From an uncultured Phycisphaerales bacterium (GTDB lineage Bacteria; Planctomycetota; Phycisphaerae; Tepidisphaerales; Tepidisphaeraceae), in assembly GCA_963758525.1 (NCBI GenBank), contig CAVWVQ010000003.1, positions 2,656,001 to 2,720,000 on the forward strand: a DNA stretch of 64,000 bases, given 5' to 3'. The notes under the pieces were generated by a model. It worked only from the letters and a program-made list of their open reading frames with translations. It searched no databases and was not told the origin of the DNA. Every line of letters begins with the position of its first letter. Position 1 is the stretch's first letter. Shown here in pieces: positions 31,601 through 42,333 of this stretch. Made by a program: the position numbers and the translations under genes.

Positions 31601-32058
31601 GCGTCGCCAACGGCAACGCATTTACCATCCAGCTATCCAGTTTGACGGGAAACCAGACGACGCCGACCGCCACGACCGGATTTGATGCCACCAAGAGCTA
31701 TAGCTGGATCATCGGAACCGTGAGCAGCATCAGCCTGAATGGGGCGGCCAACCTTCCCGTCACCACCAATACCGACACGAAACTGATTACCGGCGTAAAC
31801 ACCGATCTGTTCGCTCTCGATACATCCGGCTTCAACCTTGGAACGGCCGGCAACGCGCTTCCGAGCGGAGCCCCCGGATTTGAACTCGACGCAATCGGCA
31901 CCGGCAGCGGTGATAATATCGTGCTGAGCTATGAGGCCGCGCCCGAGCCGGGCACTGCGATGCTAGTTCTCGCCGGGGGTTTGCCAACGCTAATCGCACG
32001 TCGCCGACGACGGAAGCTGATCGTGAACGCGGAGAGTTCTGAGAGACGTGACGCATAG
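28675..32058 (+). CDS. Autotransporter-associated beta-strand-repeat surface protein with a PEP-CTERM sorting signal (cassette A)
   Basis: Signal peptide; repeated TKxGxGTLTLxGxNTYxGxT; G/T/N/S-rich; C-terminal APEPG + hydrophobic stretch + RRRRRK. Confidence 0.9.
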   Translation: MQNRNEVIGGRTISRTLRRRQKATRRMPLAAAAAAAIASVFHSGMAKANTADNVTNGQSDLGASGTYGGGSPTTSSDVTFTNVTYSPTAFTLNTNAANPNIGTLDDLDATQTLTIQNTTSGSTTTITLNGGSNSTASPANAADLLYVASGGTLSMGTAGAGTLGLALASSGNFDIAGTANVTSAISGSGFGFTKTGAGSLTLSGPNTYTGNTGVAMGNTTGLNTSSILNLSYAANQTNIINNAANSSALILGGSLTSDATTVLGGGRLTLTGVATSTNTQSFNGMTVGTGGNNIVFANNATANTIALNVGAISRTVGGTLHITQPTGTVSASNGVATTTGTASTILTDANGTAYATVGGTAAAAGDWAAKDATNGFIVGGSTLGGFYTTATSAATFSGNADVTTGFTATAGTTVASIRMNNNTAQTLNINSSGNTTVSTGGILFGSTGNSVITGTVTAKLIAGAGKELVFINTSTGTPQINAVIGDSTSGASSVTYRALQLTSGNGQFQVGSAGNTYTGNTYIESGRVQTAVSTAFGTGAGANVYIDGNTNGQAYLVGGTYANHFYLVGNGWNESGGPYGALRLQGATVSGQVTLLGNATISDQGGTGTISNVIDDGGNAYALTVNGGNTLNLNNVNTYTGGTTLNAGTLVFGNASAFGNGTVTLAAGTLKAGGSGFTLANNVSVTGGAILDMAGNNVGISGNISGATALNVATSSLTPTTLALNGNNSGYSGTVTFANRDAVSFNSASAGSAAAAWVFNDPAGDRVRINIGNATINFGSISGSGQMQNDTGNSTSIVSVGALGTSTTFGGTLKNNGTGILALTKVGNGTLTLTGAGNTYSGGTTISSGTLRANVAAATGTSAVTVSAGVSGNYTGGVLGGSGTVGAVALGAANTTAKQGGIITAGADGSTAGKLTTGAETWNGGAVYNWKVTNAGTGVTGAPTKTSAQTGGNSTTWDDLAIGGALTVGSSGSPISVANGNAFTIQLSSLTGNQTTPTATTGFDATKSYSWIIGTVSSISLNGAANLPVTTNTDTKLITGVNTDLFALDTSGFNLGTAGNALPSGAPGFELDAIGTGSGDNIVLSYEAAPEPGTAMLVLAGGLPTLIARRRRRKLIVNAESSERRDA

Positions 32059-32219
32059 GAATGACCTGTCCTGACGGCAGCCGGCCGCTGCCCGTTCTCC
32101 CTTCTCAGTAACGCCGATCGCGCCGGACGGTTCAACCAATTGTTCCCAAGTCATGCCCAGCGATTCTGATGTAATGGAATGACGAGCGGGAAAACAGCGG
32201 AAATACTGCGGTATTTCAA

Positions 32220-32336
32220 TCAGGAAGCCACGGGTTGCGGGACGCCGGACCCCATCCCATCGGGGCACGTTGGGATCATCATCGCCGGCGCAGTGGGATC
32301 GCTCTGGTGAATCCATTGTGAATCCCCGGGCTTTTT
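32220..32336 (-). pseudogene. 3' fragment of a fourth 'DDG' protein gene
   Basis: Encodes KKPGDSQWIHQSDPTAPAMMIPTCPDGMGSGVPQPVAS*, almost identical to the C-terminus of 53212..53691. Confidence 0.85.
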
Positions 32337-32542
32337 GGGACTTTCCAGATGGTCCCATTGGCTAAGAGAGACCACTCAAGCCAAAAATTGTTGCCGAAAC
32401 ACACATTGTGATCGCGATGGATATTTAGAGGAGGCGGCGTGCAGTACGGTCGATGCGGCGATACGCCGCTTCAGACTGCCGAGCCGGTGGAGCAGGCATT
32501 CGTTATCGAAGCGCCCGCAGCGCGCTGAGTGGGTGTCACATC

Positions 32543-34620
32543 ATGGCATGTAGATTTGTGGTGTTGAAACTATATTTTCTTCTTCCCGTCCTTTGTGGCG
32601 GCATCGTCGCGTTTGCAGACCCTGCGCCAATGCCCCCATCAAGCAGCATCTCCGCAGCGGAACGTAGTGATCCGGCGATTCCGTTCGTCCATCCCGGCGG
32701 GTTGCACAGCCAGCAGGATTTCGAGCGGATGAAGGCGAAAGTAGCGGCCGGCGAGCATCCCTGGATCGACAGTTGGAACGCGCTGATCGCACACCCGAAG
32801 GCCCGCAATACTTACAGGGCGGCGCCGCTTGCCAACATGGGCGACTTCAGGCAGCGCGCGTCGGCTGACGCGGTCGCCGCCTATCTCAACACGCTGCGAT
32901 GGCGCGTTTCGGGCGAGACTGCTTACGCGGACTGCGCGGTACGGATCTGCAACGACTGGTCCGCGCGCGTGAATACGATTTCCGGCGGAGGTCTGGTCGG
33001 CATTCCGATCTACGAATTTGCCGTGGCTGGCGAAACGCTACGGGATTATCCGGGTTGGGATCGCGCCGACTTGCGCACTTCAAGGCGATGATGGAGCAGT
33101 ATCTCTATCCCTCGTGCCACGAGTTTCTCGTGCATCATTCCGGGACGCCGGTGAGTCACTACTGGGCAAACTGGGATCTGTGCAACATGGACGGGATCCT
33201 CGCGATCGGTGTTTTGTGCGATGACCGCGCCAAGTTCGACGAGGCGATCGAGTATTTCAAGAATGGAGCGGGCAACGGCAGCATCAAACACGCGGTGCCG
33301 TTCCTCTATCCCGGCGGGCTGGGGCAGTGGCAGGAAACCGGGCGCGACCAGGAACACGCCCAACTCGGCATCGGGATGATGGGCACGTTCTGTCAGATCG
33401 CCTGGAACCAGGGACTGGATCTGTACGGGTACGACGACAATCGCTTTTTGGCCGCGGCGGAATACACCGCAGCGTACAACCTCTGGAAGCCCGTGCCGTT
33501 CACCTTCTACAACAACGCCGACAACGTGAATAACTATTGGCCGTCAGAAGAAACCTGGTGGGGGCGCGGGCGGCTGCAGCGCCCGATCTGGGAGATGATC
33601 TATAACCATTATGTCGTGCTCAAAGGGCTGGAAGCTCCTAACCTCAAAGCGATGGCAGAAGTCTACCGGCCGGAAGGCTTCGAACATGACGATAATTTCG
33701 GATTCGGGACGCTGACGTTTACGCTCAACGCCGCCGACTCACCGTATCCGCCGGCGCAGGCTCCGCCGGTTCCTCCTGGGCTGGTCGCGCAAGCGAGCAT
33801 CGGACGCGTGTGTCTCTCCTGGAAACCGTCGGAAACAGCTAACGGTTATATCGTGCAACGCGGAACCCAACGTGGAGGTCCCTACCAGACGATTGCGTCT
33901 TACATCGGAGCATATCCGGTCTATGACGACCAGAGCGTGACCAACGATACCACCTATTTCTACGTCGTCTCGGCGAAAAATCAGACCGGGTCCAGCGGTA
34001 ACTCGATTGCAGCAGAAGCAACACCTCGCAGCGCCGGCAAGCTTCCAGCGGACTGGCAGCAGACCGACATCGGAAAATGCAGCCGGCCGGGCGAGGCTGA
34101 ATATGCTGACGTCGGCAACCAGACGTTTGTGATCCGGGGCACGGGCGAGCACATCGGCGGCAAGGCCGACGGATTCTGCTTCGTTTGCAGAAAAGCAACC
34201 GGAAACATCACATTCAGTGCGCGACGGTCTGGCGTGAAGTTTTGCGGCGGGCAGTTGCAGAAAGTCGGCATCATGATCCGGGAATCTCTCGACCCGGGCA
34301 CAAAGACACTCGCCATGGTCTCCGGGGACTCCGGCTTCCGCGAGGCCAAATTCGCATCGCGCATCCTGGATGGAGATGACATGCATTGGCAGAACGGAAA
34401 TGCGTACACCGCCCCTGAGCAGCCAACGTGGTTTTGCCTGAAGCGGGTCGGCGACACCTTCACCGCATATCAGTCTATCAATGGAACAACCTGGTTTATG
34501 GTTGGCAAGCCACGGACCGTTCAAATGAATACCGATTGCTATATCGGGTTCGCAGTCGGTTCCAACAGTGATAAGGTTGTTGCAGCGAGCTTTGACAACG
34601 TAAATTTAAAACAGCAATGA
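32543..34620 (+). pseudogene. Secreted alginate-lyase-family protein with FnIII and a C-terminal beta-sandwich domain; frameshift near 33075
   Basis: FVHPGGLHS..RMKAKV; YWANWD; QWQETGRDQEH; FGFGTL; FnIII LSW..Y.V.R..YFYVVSA. ORFs 32453 and 32899 join across a single frameshift. Confidence 0.8.
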
Positions 34621-34874
34621 CCAAGCTCATTAAACTCTTCGCCTGAGAGCACTTTGACCACGAGCCGGTCGTCCTGTGCATGGCTAAGGCCACCACCGGC
34701 GGCTATGGCGCGCTGATCACCACGTCCAAAAGTGCAAAGATGATCAAAGAAGAGTTCGGTCTCTATGACCTGCTCGTGTCCGCCGAAGAAGACGTCCTCA
34801 TGCTCTTCCCGGCCCTGACCACCACACGCCAAACTGCCCAGCGCGGTCTCGACATCTTCGAAAAGTCCCTGTAG
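34617..34874 (+). pseudogene. Collapsed fragment of a class III aminotransferase
   Basis: PVVLCMAKATTGGY (PLP-lysine-like motif) joined to LMLFPALT..GLDIFEKSL. Confidence 0.5.
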
Positions 34875-35113
34875 CCGCCCCAAAAATAAGTTATCCAGCC
34901 GTTTTTGCCGGCGCGACCGGCGTCACTGAACGATAAAAGCCCCGCTTGCAGACGGGCGGCAGCTTCAGAATCACACGCTCTCGCTGGGAGGCGGAAAAGA
35001 CGGAGCGGTTCTTTTGACGACGAGTGATGGTGATCCGGTTTGTACAGTCTCGATCCGGACTCGTTCCCGCTGATCTACGGCCCCGATGAGCAGCGTGACA
35101 GTGCAAGGCAGTC

Positions 35114-36029
35114 ATGATTAGGAATAATTCAATCCTGGTCGTTATGGTGATGATGCTGGGCCTGTGTCGCGCCAGCACGGCTGCGGAATTTTTGCATCCT
35201 GGGATTACGCTCTCGAAGGCGGATCTCGAGGCGCTCAAGGCCAATCTGAATACGGAGCCATGGAAGTCGGCGCTGCGGCGATCGGCCAGAGTCATGTGAT
35301 GACGCGCGACCAGATCATTCGCTATCTGGCCAATTGCGTGGTGCGAAACATGGTATTGCTGGTGAACGTCACTCCCGACCGTCACGGGGTAATTCCGGAA
35401 CTGGAACAGCAACGGCTGCGGGAAGTGGGCGTTTGGCTGGCGAAGGCAGGCAAGGCCGTCTACGGCACGCGCGGCGGTCCGTGGGAACCGGTCGACAGAC
35501 AGTACGGCTGCTGCTACAGCGGAAACACCGTCTACCTCCACCTGCTAAAAGCTTATAGCGGCGACGCATTGCGCGTGCCGCCACTGGGTGATTTGCGCGT
35601 CGTCAAAACATACAGCGTCATCGGCGGCAAGAGTCTGAATTTTGCAGCCGATGACAAAGGAGGCATGGTAGTCCGCGGCATCGATCGGATCGTTTCTCCG
35701 GTCGACACGATCGTCGGCGTGCAATTCAGCGGTGAGGGCAAAAGCGTCTGGGCGGCCGTAGCTGAGAGGTGACGATGAGACAGGTGACGAATGACAGTCG
35801 GCGTCGCGCTGATCGTCACGATCCGCGGCCCTCCCTCTACGTCAATGGCGAAGCGGCCGGAGAAAACACCCACATGGCGTTTTCCCCCATTTGCCTCGGT
35901 CCCACCACGGAGAACTGCACCGGCAAATCCCAATTTGTCCGAGACCCATATTTGAACGGCAAGGTGGACGACTTCCGCATCTATCGAGGGCCGCTGTCTG
36001 CCGGCGAGGTGAAATCGCTTGCGACATGA
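35114..36029 (+). pseudogene. Collapsed carbohydrate-active gene(s): signal peptide + FLHPG lyase-like start, GH29 alpha-L-fucosidase C-terminal part, LamG fragment
   Basis: EFLHPGIT; LLVNVTPDRHGVIP..RLREVGVWL..AVYGTRGGPW; LYVNG..LNGKVDDFRIYRGPLS, each in a different frame. Confidence 0.75.
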
Positions 36030-36585
36030 GCAGCGCCTGCGTGAGCGCCAAGAACAGGCCTACCGGGACGCGTTTCCCCGGTGGCTGATTCAGCCCGTTG
36101 CAGCTCCGCGGCGTCTGCTTGAGGCCCTCGAAGATGCGATCCGACGGGTGCGGTTTGACGGGCCGAGCTTTAACTCTGCCGACCGCGATCTGCTCCGCGC
36201 CGTCAAGCAGGGGCGATTCGGTTCCCTGTTCGCCGAACTGCCGCTCATTGGACGGGATCGCCAGCCTCCAGCGGTGAAGCTGATATACAAGCTTGGTCTG
36301 CAGCTTTACGGGCTGATGCCGGAGTCGGTGTTGTCCGACTTACTGATCGACAACGACGTGCGTGTGGTTCTCCAGCGAGATTACCTCGTCGCCGTCTGTT
36401 CCACGCTCGCGCATCGCTACCTACAGACGGGCAGGGCATACTATTCGCCGTACCGTCCGGTCCTTGAACTGGACGGCATCCGCAAGTTTGTGGCGTTCAC
36501 CCGGAACGCTATCCGCCAGGTGTATAACTTGTGCGTTCCGCAGTGGCGGACGTACATTGGTCACGAGGACGCTTTCGAAGGGTAA
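36019..36585 (+). CDS. Hypothetical protein (copy 1), possibly partial
   Basis: 188-aa ORF kept in both repeat copies. Confidence 0.45.
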   Translation: MRHEQRLRERQEQAYRDAFPRWLIQPVAAPRRLLEALEDAIRRVRFDGPSFNSADRDLLRAVKQGRFGSLFAELPLIGRDRQPPAVKLIYKLGLQLYGLMPESVLSDLLIDNDVRVVLQRDYLVAVCSTLAHRYLQTGRAYYSPYRPVLELDGIRKFVAFTRNAIRQVYNLCVPQWRTYIGHEDAFEG

Positions 36586-36676
36586 ACGACGTCTGTGTAG
36601 TGCCGCGCGCCGCGGCGACTCCAGGCTCGCTTTGACGAAGAGTTCGTTCATCGTCCTGTGAAATGAGCCTTGATGG

Positions 36677-37705
36677 TCAGCGAGGCCGCCCGGTGGCTCT
36701 GCGCTCGTCTGGGGAGGGTACGACGAACGCGCGCATTTGCGTCTCCTTGTCGGCCAGATAGCGATCCGGGGCGAGCTGAATCTGATCGTCCACCGTCAGC
36801 CTGCCGTCGATAAAGCCGCCAACAGCGTCGAACTCATAGGGAATGTGGAACCGAGCCGGGTCGGTGGGGTCGGGTTGGCCGGCGAACAGTCTGAGCTGAC
36901 CCGCGTAGTCCACCGTCACGTTGCCTTTTTGTTGCCCGCTGTTAGTGATCAAGGTCGCGCCGGCGTTCAGGAACAGGGAACAGTCGCTCAGGACGGCCAA
37001 ATCGGCGTCAGACGTTGCCGGCTTCAGCGCTACACCCACGAGTTGCCGATTGGTCCGCAACGCGTAATTGCAAAAGAGACTATCATCCGAACCGTACTTG
37101 TTAATCGAGCTGTGAACGAGCTCAGAACAATTCTGCGAGCACGAGACGTAGACGACTACCAGCCGCACCCCAGCGGCCGTGCGACACTGGTGCAGGACCA
37201 GCATCGTCGTATGCGGCTGATTGAACAGCGGGCCGGAATGAAATAGCGTGTCGGGCACCGTGACGGTGGTCGGCATGCTCGCGGTGAACGGCGGCGCCAG
37301 CGCGCCAACCGGTACCGACACCATCTCCTTTGGCCGGTTGATCGTGTCAAATTGGCAAATCTGGTTCACCGGCCCCGCGGCCATGAGGCGCCCGATTCCA
37401 TCGGGGTCCTCCGCGTACAACAGCGTCCCCGGCGGGGCGAGGTAATCCATGCACTGCTGCTGGGCCGGCAGATACGCCGCTCGAACGATCGCGCGTTGCG
37501 CTTGCACCTTTCGCTCGGCCTGCCGCCGCTGGAAATCCGCCCACTGCTGGCGAGCACAACCGTTAAGGCCGGGGCCGACAACATAGACGCCCAGCATGAC
37601 CGTGTTGATCAGGGTGAGCAGGAGCATTAGCCGAAACGATCGCCGGCTGACGCCGGACGTCGACGGTGCGTACTGGATCGGCGTGGACGTGTGACGCTCG
37701 CTCAC
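36677..37705 (-). CDS. Hypothetical membrane-anchored protein (copy 1)
   Basis: 342 aa with an N-terminal TM helix; C-terminal FAGQPDPTDPARFHIPY..IDGRL. Start overlaps the upstream stop. Confidence 0.7.
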   Translation of the reverse strand: MSERHTSTPIQYAPSTSGVSRRSFRLMLLLTLINTVMLGVYVVGPGLNGCARQQWADFQRRQAERKVQAQRAIVRAAYLPAQQQCMDYLAPPGTLLYAEDPDGIGRLMAAGPVNQICQFDTINRPKEMVSVPVGALAPPFTASMPTTVTVPDTLFHSGPLFNQPHTTMLVLHQCRTAAGVRLVVVYVSCSQNCSELVHSSINKYGSDDSLFCNYALRTNRQLVGVALKPATSDADLAVLSDCSLFLNAGATLITNSGQQKGNVTVDYAGQLRLFAGQPDPTDPARFHIPYEFDAVGGFIDGRLTVDDQIQLAPDRYLADKETQMRAFVVPSPDERRATGRPR

Positions 37706-38271
37706 TTTCCATCTCCCGCGGGGGGCGACTTGGGATCATAGGCGCCGCTCCGTGGGGTCGTGTGCGGATTTGCCTCGTGGTAGGCCTTGGGACTGACGCT
37801 CACGATCAGCGGCGTGCCGTGGTACTGGCCCAGTTTGATCTTTTCTTCGATTTCACGCATTCCACTGCGGGCGTCGAGGCGCACAAGCTCCCCAAGCTTC
37901 GCGTCCTCCGGCACGCTAAATGCCTGGAGCTTACTCAGATTGACCAGGTCGATGTGAAACGTGCACTGCCCTCGGTCCACCAGCGCCACCACCGTTATGA
38001 CGATCGTCTGCGCACCGTCGCTGGCCGACGGATACTTGCAGCCGCTGGTCGTGGGGCTGTTGGTGTCTTTGCCGGTTTGAAGGGTCACAAAGCCGTCGGG
38101 CGTTCCTTTCGGCAGCTCGATCCGGAACCGTTGCACGAGACAGGAATTGTCGCTCACGAGCGGCACCTCTGCCGTGAACTGGATCGGCTGAGTCGTCGCA
38201 GCCTGTCCTCCGGCAAATGCGTGTCCGGCGAAGAAAAGGCCGAGCAGGAGGGAAATGAAACGATGACGAAT
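37702..38271 (-). CDS. Hypothetical secreted protein (copy 1); canonical start codon absent
   Basis: The frame extends to IRHRFISLLLGLFFAGHAFAGGQAATTQP (signal peptide) after a GAGGAG RBS. Confidence 0.55.
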   Translation of the reverse strand: MRHRFISLLLGLFFAGHAFAGGQAATTQPIQFTAEVPLVSDNSCLVQRFRIELPKGTPDGFVTLQTGKDTNSPTTSGCKYPSASDGAQTIVITVVALVDRGQCTFHIDLVNLSKLQAFSVPEDAKLGELVRLDARSGMREIEEKIKLGQYHGTPLIVSVSPKAYHEANPHTTPRSGAYDPKSPPAGDGK

Positions 38272-38377
38272 ACTTTGCTCCTCGCAGAGGGACTGACCGT
38301 CAGAATCGCTTCATCACGCATATCATCCGGCTCTTTCAGACGCCAGCAACCCCCTCAGCCGCTCAGCCGCCGTCGAA

Positions 38378-38854
38378 TTAACGATACGTTTCCGTGAGAT
38401 GGCCGTTATCAGTCTGTGGCTCCGAAACACTGGCCGACTGGAAGCGCCATGCACTCATTTGCGAAATCAACGTCCATACTCCGCTGATCAGCAGTAGAGC
38501 GGGCGCGGAGGCGATCAAGGAGAGATGGTGATCAATGAACCAGTGAGATAGTTCTATGATGAACGAAGCAGTTCCGACGAGGCAGACGATCATGGCCAGC
38601 CGCCTGACCAGGGGCGGAGATTTCAGGAAGGCGTACAACACCGCGCCAGCGGCATAGGCGACGAGGTAAGCAAGGACCTGAGCGAGTGAGTATTCGCTGT
38701 GGTACTCGTAGCCCCATCCATTGCTGTATCCATACGAAAAAAAGGTCCAACTGAGATCCGAACGACCCAACGGGGCCGTGATGAGAGTAAACGCTGTGCA
38801 GGCCAGCAACAGGGCAACGAGGTGCAGGATAATGAAGATGGACCACCTTGTCAT
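38378..38854 (-). CDS. Hypothetical integral membrane protein (copy 1)
   Basis: About four hydrophobic segments. Confidence 0.65.
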   Translation of the reverse strand: MTRWSIFIILHLVALLLACTAFTLITAPLGRSDLSWTFFSYGYSNGWGYEYHSEYSLAQVLAYLVAYAAGAVLYAFLKSPPLVRRLAMIVCLVGTASFIIELSHWFIDHHLSLIASAPALLLISGVWTLISQMSAWRFQSASVSEPQTDNGHLTETYR

Positions 38855-39358
38855 AACAGCCTCACATCGCCTCGCAGGCTGCTATCGCGAGCGGGTGCGG
38901 AAGGATAAACTGCAATTCTTTGGCGACTGCGAGCCTTGCAACAGCTCGCGGGCTATTTACACAAATGCTTCTTTTGATGCGATGAATCGAACGTAGGGAG
39001 GCCGGGCGAAGTTCCACCACACCAATCCAAAAACCAGTTTTTGATACTGTGGGCGGCCAAGAAGGGCCACGAGCTAATCTTGGCTTTTGAAGCGGGGCCG
39101 CTTTGATGGATGCAATGGGCGCGGCGGTTAGGTTCATTGGTGGCGCGGTGGATACGCCGCGAACCAATGCGCCGCTGTTCCAATCGCTCGGCTTCGCGTG
39201 CTCTTCGGCACGTCGCGCTAGATCGTAGGGTACAGAGTTGGAAACCGTGTCCAGCGGCCGCTGAAAAATACGGCGGATTCCACCTGTTTCGGAGTAAGTA
39301 TTGGCGATGGAGTGCAGGCGACGGCGATGAAGTGATTGCCGCCCTCCTGGACGCCCAA

Positions 39359-39880
39359 TCACCTGGTTGCGCCCATCCCGAATTGGTCGAAGAAGGCTGC
39401 ATATGCGACTTTAATCATGTCGTACAGCGGGGCACAATCGAGGGATCGTTGATTCGCAAAGTACAGGGCGGCATACGGGCACTCATCTGCAGCTGGCAGC
39501 GCAAATGCTTCGGGGGGGATCGAGTTTAAAACTTGCTCATTGCATATGGATTCAAGTGCAGCACGATCATCCGTTGCGTCGAGCCCAGACATGAAGACAG
39601 CGAAAGCATGAAGGGGCGGCTGCTCTTCATCTTCGGCTTGGGACAGGCGCATGTAACCAGCCGTATCTCCGCACCTGAAAAACGTGGCGGCGAGCCAACC
39701 ATCGGCGACGATCCTAAACGTTCCGTGTTCGAGCAAAGCCGACTTCATTTCCACGTACACTTCTTCGAGCTTGTCTGCGCTGCAGGCTGTCGCTCGCGGA
39801 TCGACAATTCTTCGGCAGCCCGGAGGATAAAAGAGCTTTCCGTGAAAATGAAATACCATGCTATACGCACATCGTGCCAT
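39359..39880 (-). CDS. Hypothetical protein (copy 1)
   Basis: 173-aa ORF conserved in both copies. Confidence 0.55.
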   Translation of the reverse strand: MARCAYSMVFHFHGKLFYPPGCRRIVDPRATACSADKLEEVYVEMKSALLEHGTFRIVADGWLAATFFRCGDTAGYMRLSQAEDEEQPPLHAFAVFMSGLDATDDRAALESICNEQVLNSIPPEAFALPAADECPYAALYFANQRSLDCAPLYDMIKVAYAAFFDQFGMGATR

Positions 39881-40020
39881 GCTTGACGACTGTTTTCGAG
39901 CTTTCAGCAGTTCCGCAGAGTTGAATTGACGTCAAAGCACGCATATTCGACCGCACGGCATTTAACAGATGCAAAACTAATCCTGATTCCCGCCGGGCCG
40001 TTTCGACGTAGACTCCATGC

Positions 40021-40275
40021 ATGCGATCCGATGAGGTATCAGCCTGGCAAGCGCAGAAAATCTCCTCGTGGCTCACGCCAACCCTCGTGAGGCTGGTCAA
40101 GCTGCACGCCCGCATGGTCGTGAATGACTTCTCCGATAGCGATCCGTTGATGGCGAAAGTGGTAGCGGCCAAAGAGGCCGTGCGCGAATTGCAAGTGCAG
40201 TTGCATGATTTGGAAGCGAAGCGGCAACGGTCAGAAGAAGCGCCGACATGGTTGAAGGCGCGTGGCGTTGATTAA
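40021..40275 (+). CDS. Hypothetical 84-aa protein (copy 2)
   Basis: See 21325. Confidence 0.6.
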   Translation: MRSDEVSAWQAQKISSWLTPTLVRLVKLHARMVVNDFSDSDPLMAKVVAAKEAVRELQVQLHDLEAKRQRSEEAPTWLKARGVD

Positions 40276-40302
40276 TCTGGTTCCATCGAACGACAACGGA
40301 GA

Positions 40303-41480
40303 GTGCTGATGCGCCGCTCGCGTTTCTATGCCGGCATACTCATGGTGCTGTTGACGGCTGCTGGCATCACATCAGCGGACACCCTCAAGGTCGGGCCGGG
40401 CGAGAAGTTCGCCAAGCCTTCGCAGGCGTTTGCCGCCGCCGCGGAAGGCGATGTCATTGAAATCGCGGCCGGCGAATACAGGGGTGACGTCGCCATCATT
40501 CAAACTAATAAGCTTCTGATTCGTGGGATGGGCAGACAACCCGTGAAAATCCCCGCCGATGGCAAGAACGCTGGCGGCAAGGCCATCTGGATCGCCGCCG
40601 GTGGTGACATCACCGTCGAAAACATTGAGTTTTCCGGTGCCCGCGTCCCTGACCGCAATGGCTCAGGTATTCGGGCGGAAGGCCTCAATCTCACCCTGCG
40701 CAACTGCCGATTCTACGATTGCGAGAATGGCCTGCTCGGCGGCAACGGCGAGATGCTCATTGAAGGCTGCGAATTTGCGCGTTGTGGCCCCGTCGCACAG
40801 CCGGCAACCCATTCGCTCTATATCGGCGAGAAATGCACCAAGCTGGTCTTCCAGTACAACTACTCCACCGACGCGATCGAGGGTCATCTGCTGAAGAGCC
40901 GGGCTCAGGAAAACTGGATCCTCTACAACCGTCTGACTGACGAAAACGGCACCGGCAGCGCTGTGGCCGACTTTCCCAACGGGGGTTACGTCGTCATGGT
41001 CGGCAATATCCTCCAGAAGGGGGCAAACGCTCAGAACACGCGCGTGATCGCTTACGGCATGGAGGGGATCAAGTACAAGCGGAACGCTCTATTCGTGGTG
41101 AACAATACCATGGTTTACGAGAACCGGCGCGCGGCGCGTTCTTCGTCAACGTGCAGCATGTGGCGGGGGATTTTGTGCCGGTGATTCGCAACAATCTCTG
41201 CGTCGGCAGGATCCCGCTGACCAACAGCCCCAAGCCGGACGCCGGCGGCAACCTATTGCTAAAGTCTCTCGATGAAGCCGGCTTTGTGTCCCCACGCGGG
41301 TACGACTACCACCTCAAGCACGGCTCGCCCGCGATCGACAGGGCCATCGACCCTGGCAAGGCCGACAATTTCGACCTGACGCCAGCGTTCCAATACCTTC
41401 ACCCCTGCGCCAGCGAGAAGCGTGCGACGGCCGGCCCGCTCGATATTGGGGCATTTGAGTTCGGGAGGAAAGAACCTTAA
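40303..41480 (+). pseudogene. Secreted right-handed parallel beta-helix protein, frameshift near 41130
   Basis: GDVIEIAAGEY; ITVENIEFSGARVPDRNGSGIR; GHLLKSRA; C-terminal DYHL..GSPAID..LDIGAFE in the next frame. Confidence 0.8.
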
Positions 41481-41712
41481 AAAAAATGCTTCCCCATCCC
41501 ACGGAGGCGAAACATGCCTGATGCACGAGTTTCTTCAAAGTCTTGGAGCCGCGGCGTTCGACCGCGCTGCCGGCTGGCGCTGCCGCGGCTGTTGCCAGCC
41601 CGAGATCGATCAACGGCTCGACAGCAATTCACATGACCGTCGCGCACTTCGTGGCCGGGCTCGTGGAAACAATCGAGCGGGCATTGCTGTGTTTTGTGTG
41701 CGAGCCGGCGAC

Positions 41713-42240
41713 TTAGAGCGGCTTGCGGCTCTTCGTAGCGTAGCCGCAATGTGCGAAGAAAGCCGTGGCGTCGGCCGGGCTCACCGCTGGCAGCGCCTCG
41801 GCGATCCCTTGGAGCAACCCCGGAACTGTCCGCTTGGCCAGCTTCCGCAAATGTTTTTTACCTTCGAGATTGCGTTCTCGATCGGATTGAAATCCGGTGA
41901 ATACGGTGGCAGCCGCAACACGCGGCAGCCTGCCTTCTCGATCAATTCGTCAACCCGCCGGTCGTTATGTGCGGCAAGATTGTCCAGCACCACGACCCGA
42001 CCCTTGCGCAGGACCGGGATTAATTCGTTGCCGAGAAACTCAACGAACTTCGCGGCAGTGGTGCCACCATCAAAACTGGTCGACGCGATGATGCCTTTGG
42101 TCGACAAGGCCGCGATGGTGCTGATGGTTTTAAAATGACTGTGGGGAACGCTGTCGACCACTCGCGCACCCGGTGCCGCGCGACCGTGCGTCCGCTGCAT
42201 CTTGGTATTGGCACCGAATTCGTCGAGAAAAACCAAACCG
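41713..42240 (-). mobile_element. IS630-family remnant (5'-truncated, frameshifted transposase)
   Basis: LVFLDEFG, VVLDNLAAH, LPPYSPDFNPIE; tail FFAHCGY..KPL* ending at a TA. Confidence 0.85.
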
Positions 42241-42333
42241 ATGATTCGCGTGCCGGCGAACCGGCCGAACCAGGCGGCTGCGATTCTCGGCGATGTCACC
42301 ACGGTAAACAGTTACTCCCAGACTAATGGCCGC

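Larger units (their letters stand above)
34862..40353 (+). repeat. Copy 1 of a 5.5-kb direct duplication (copy 2 at 54727-60209)
   Basis: Near-identical sequence at offset 19865, with scattered SNPs and small indels (e.g. 8 bp near 38361). Confidence 0.95.

Noticed and set aside
28675..32058. True type V autotransporter
   Set aside because: There is no C-terminal beta-barrel. The protein ends in a PEP-CTERM-type sorting signal (the same holds for 44788-48057).
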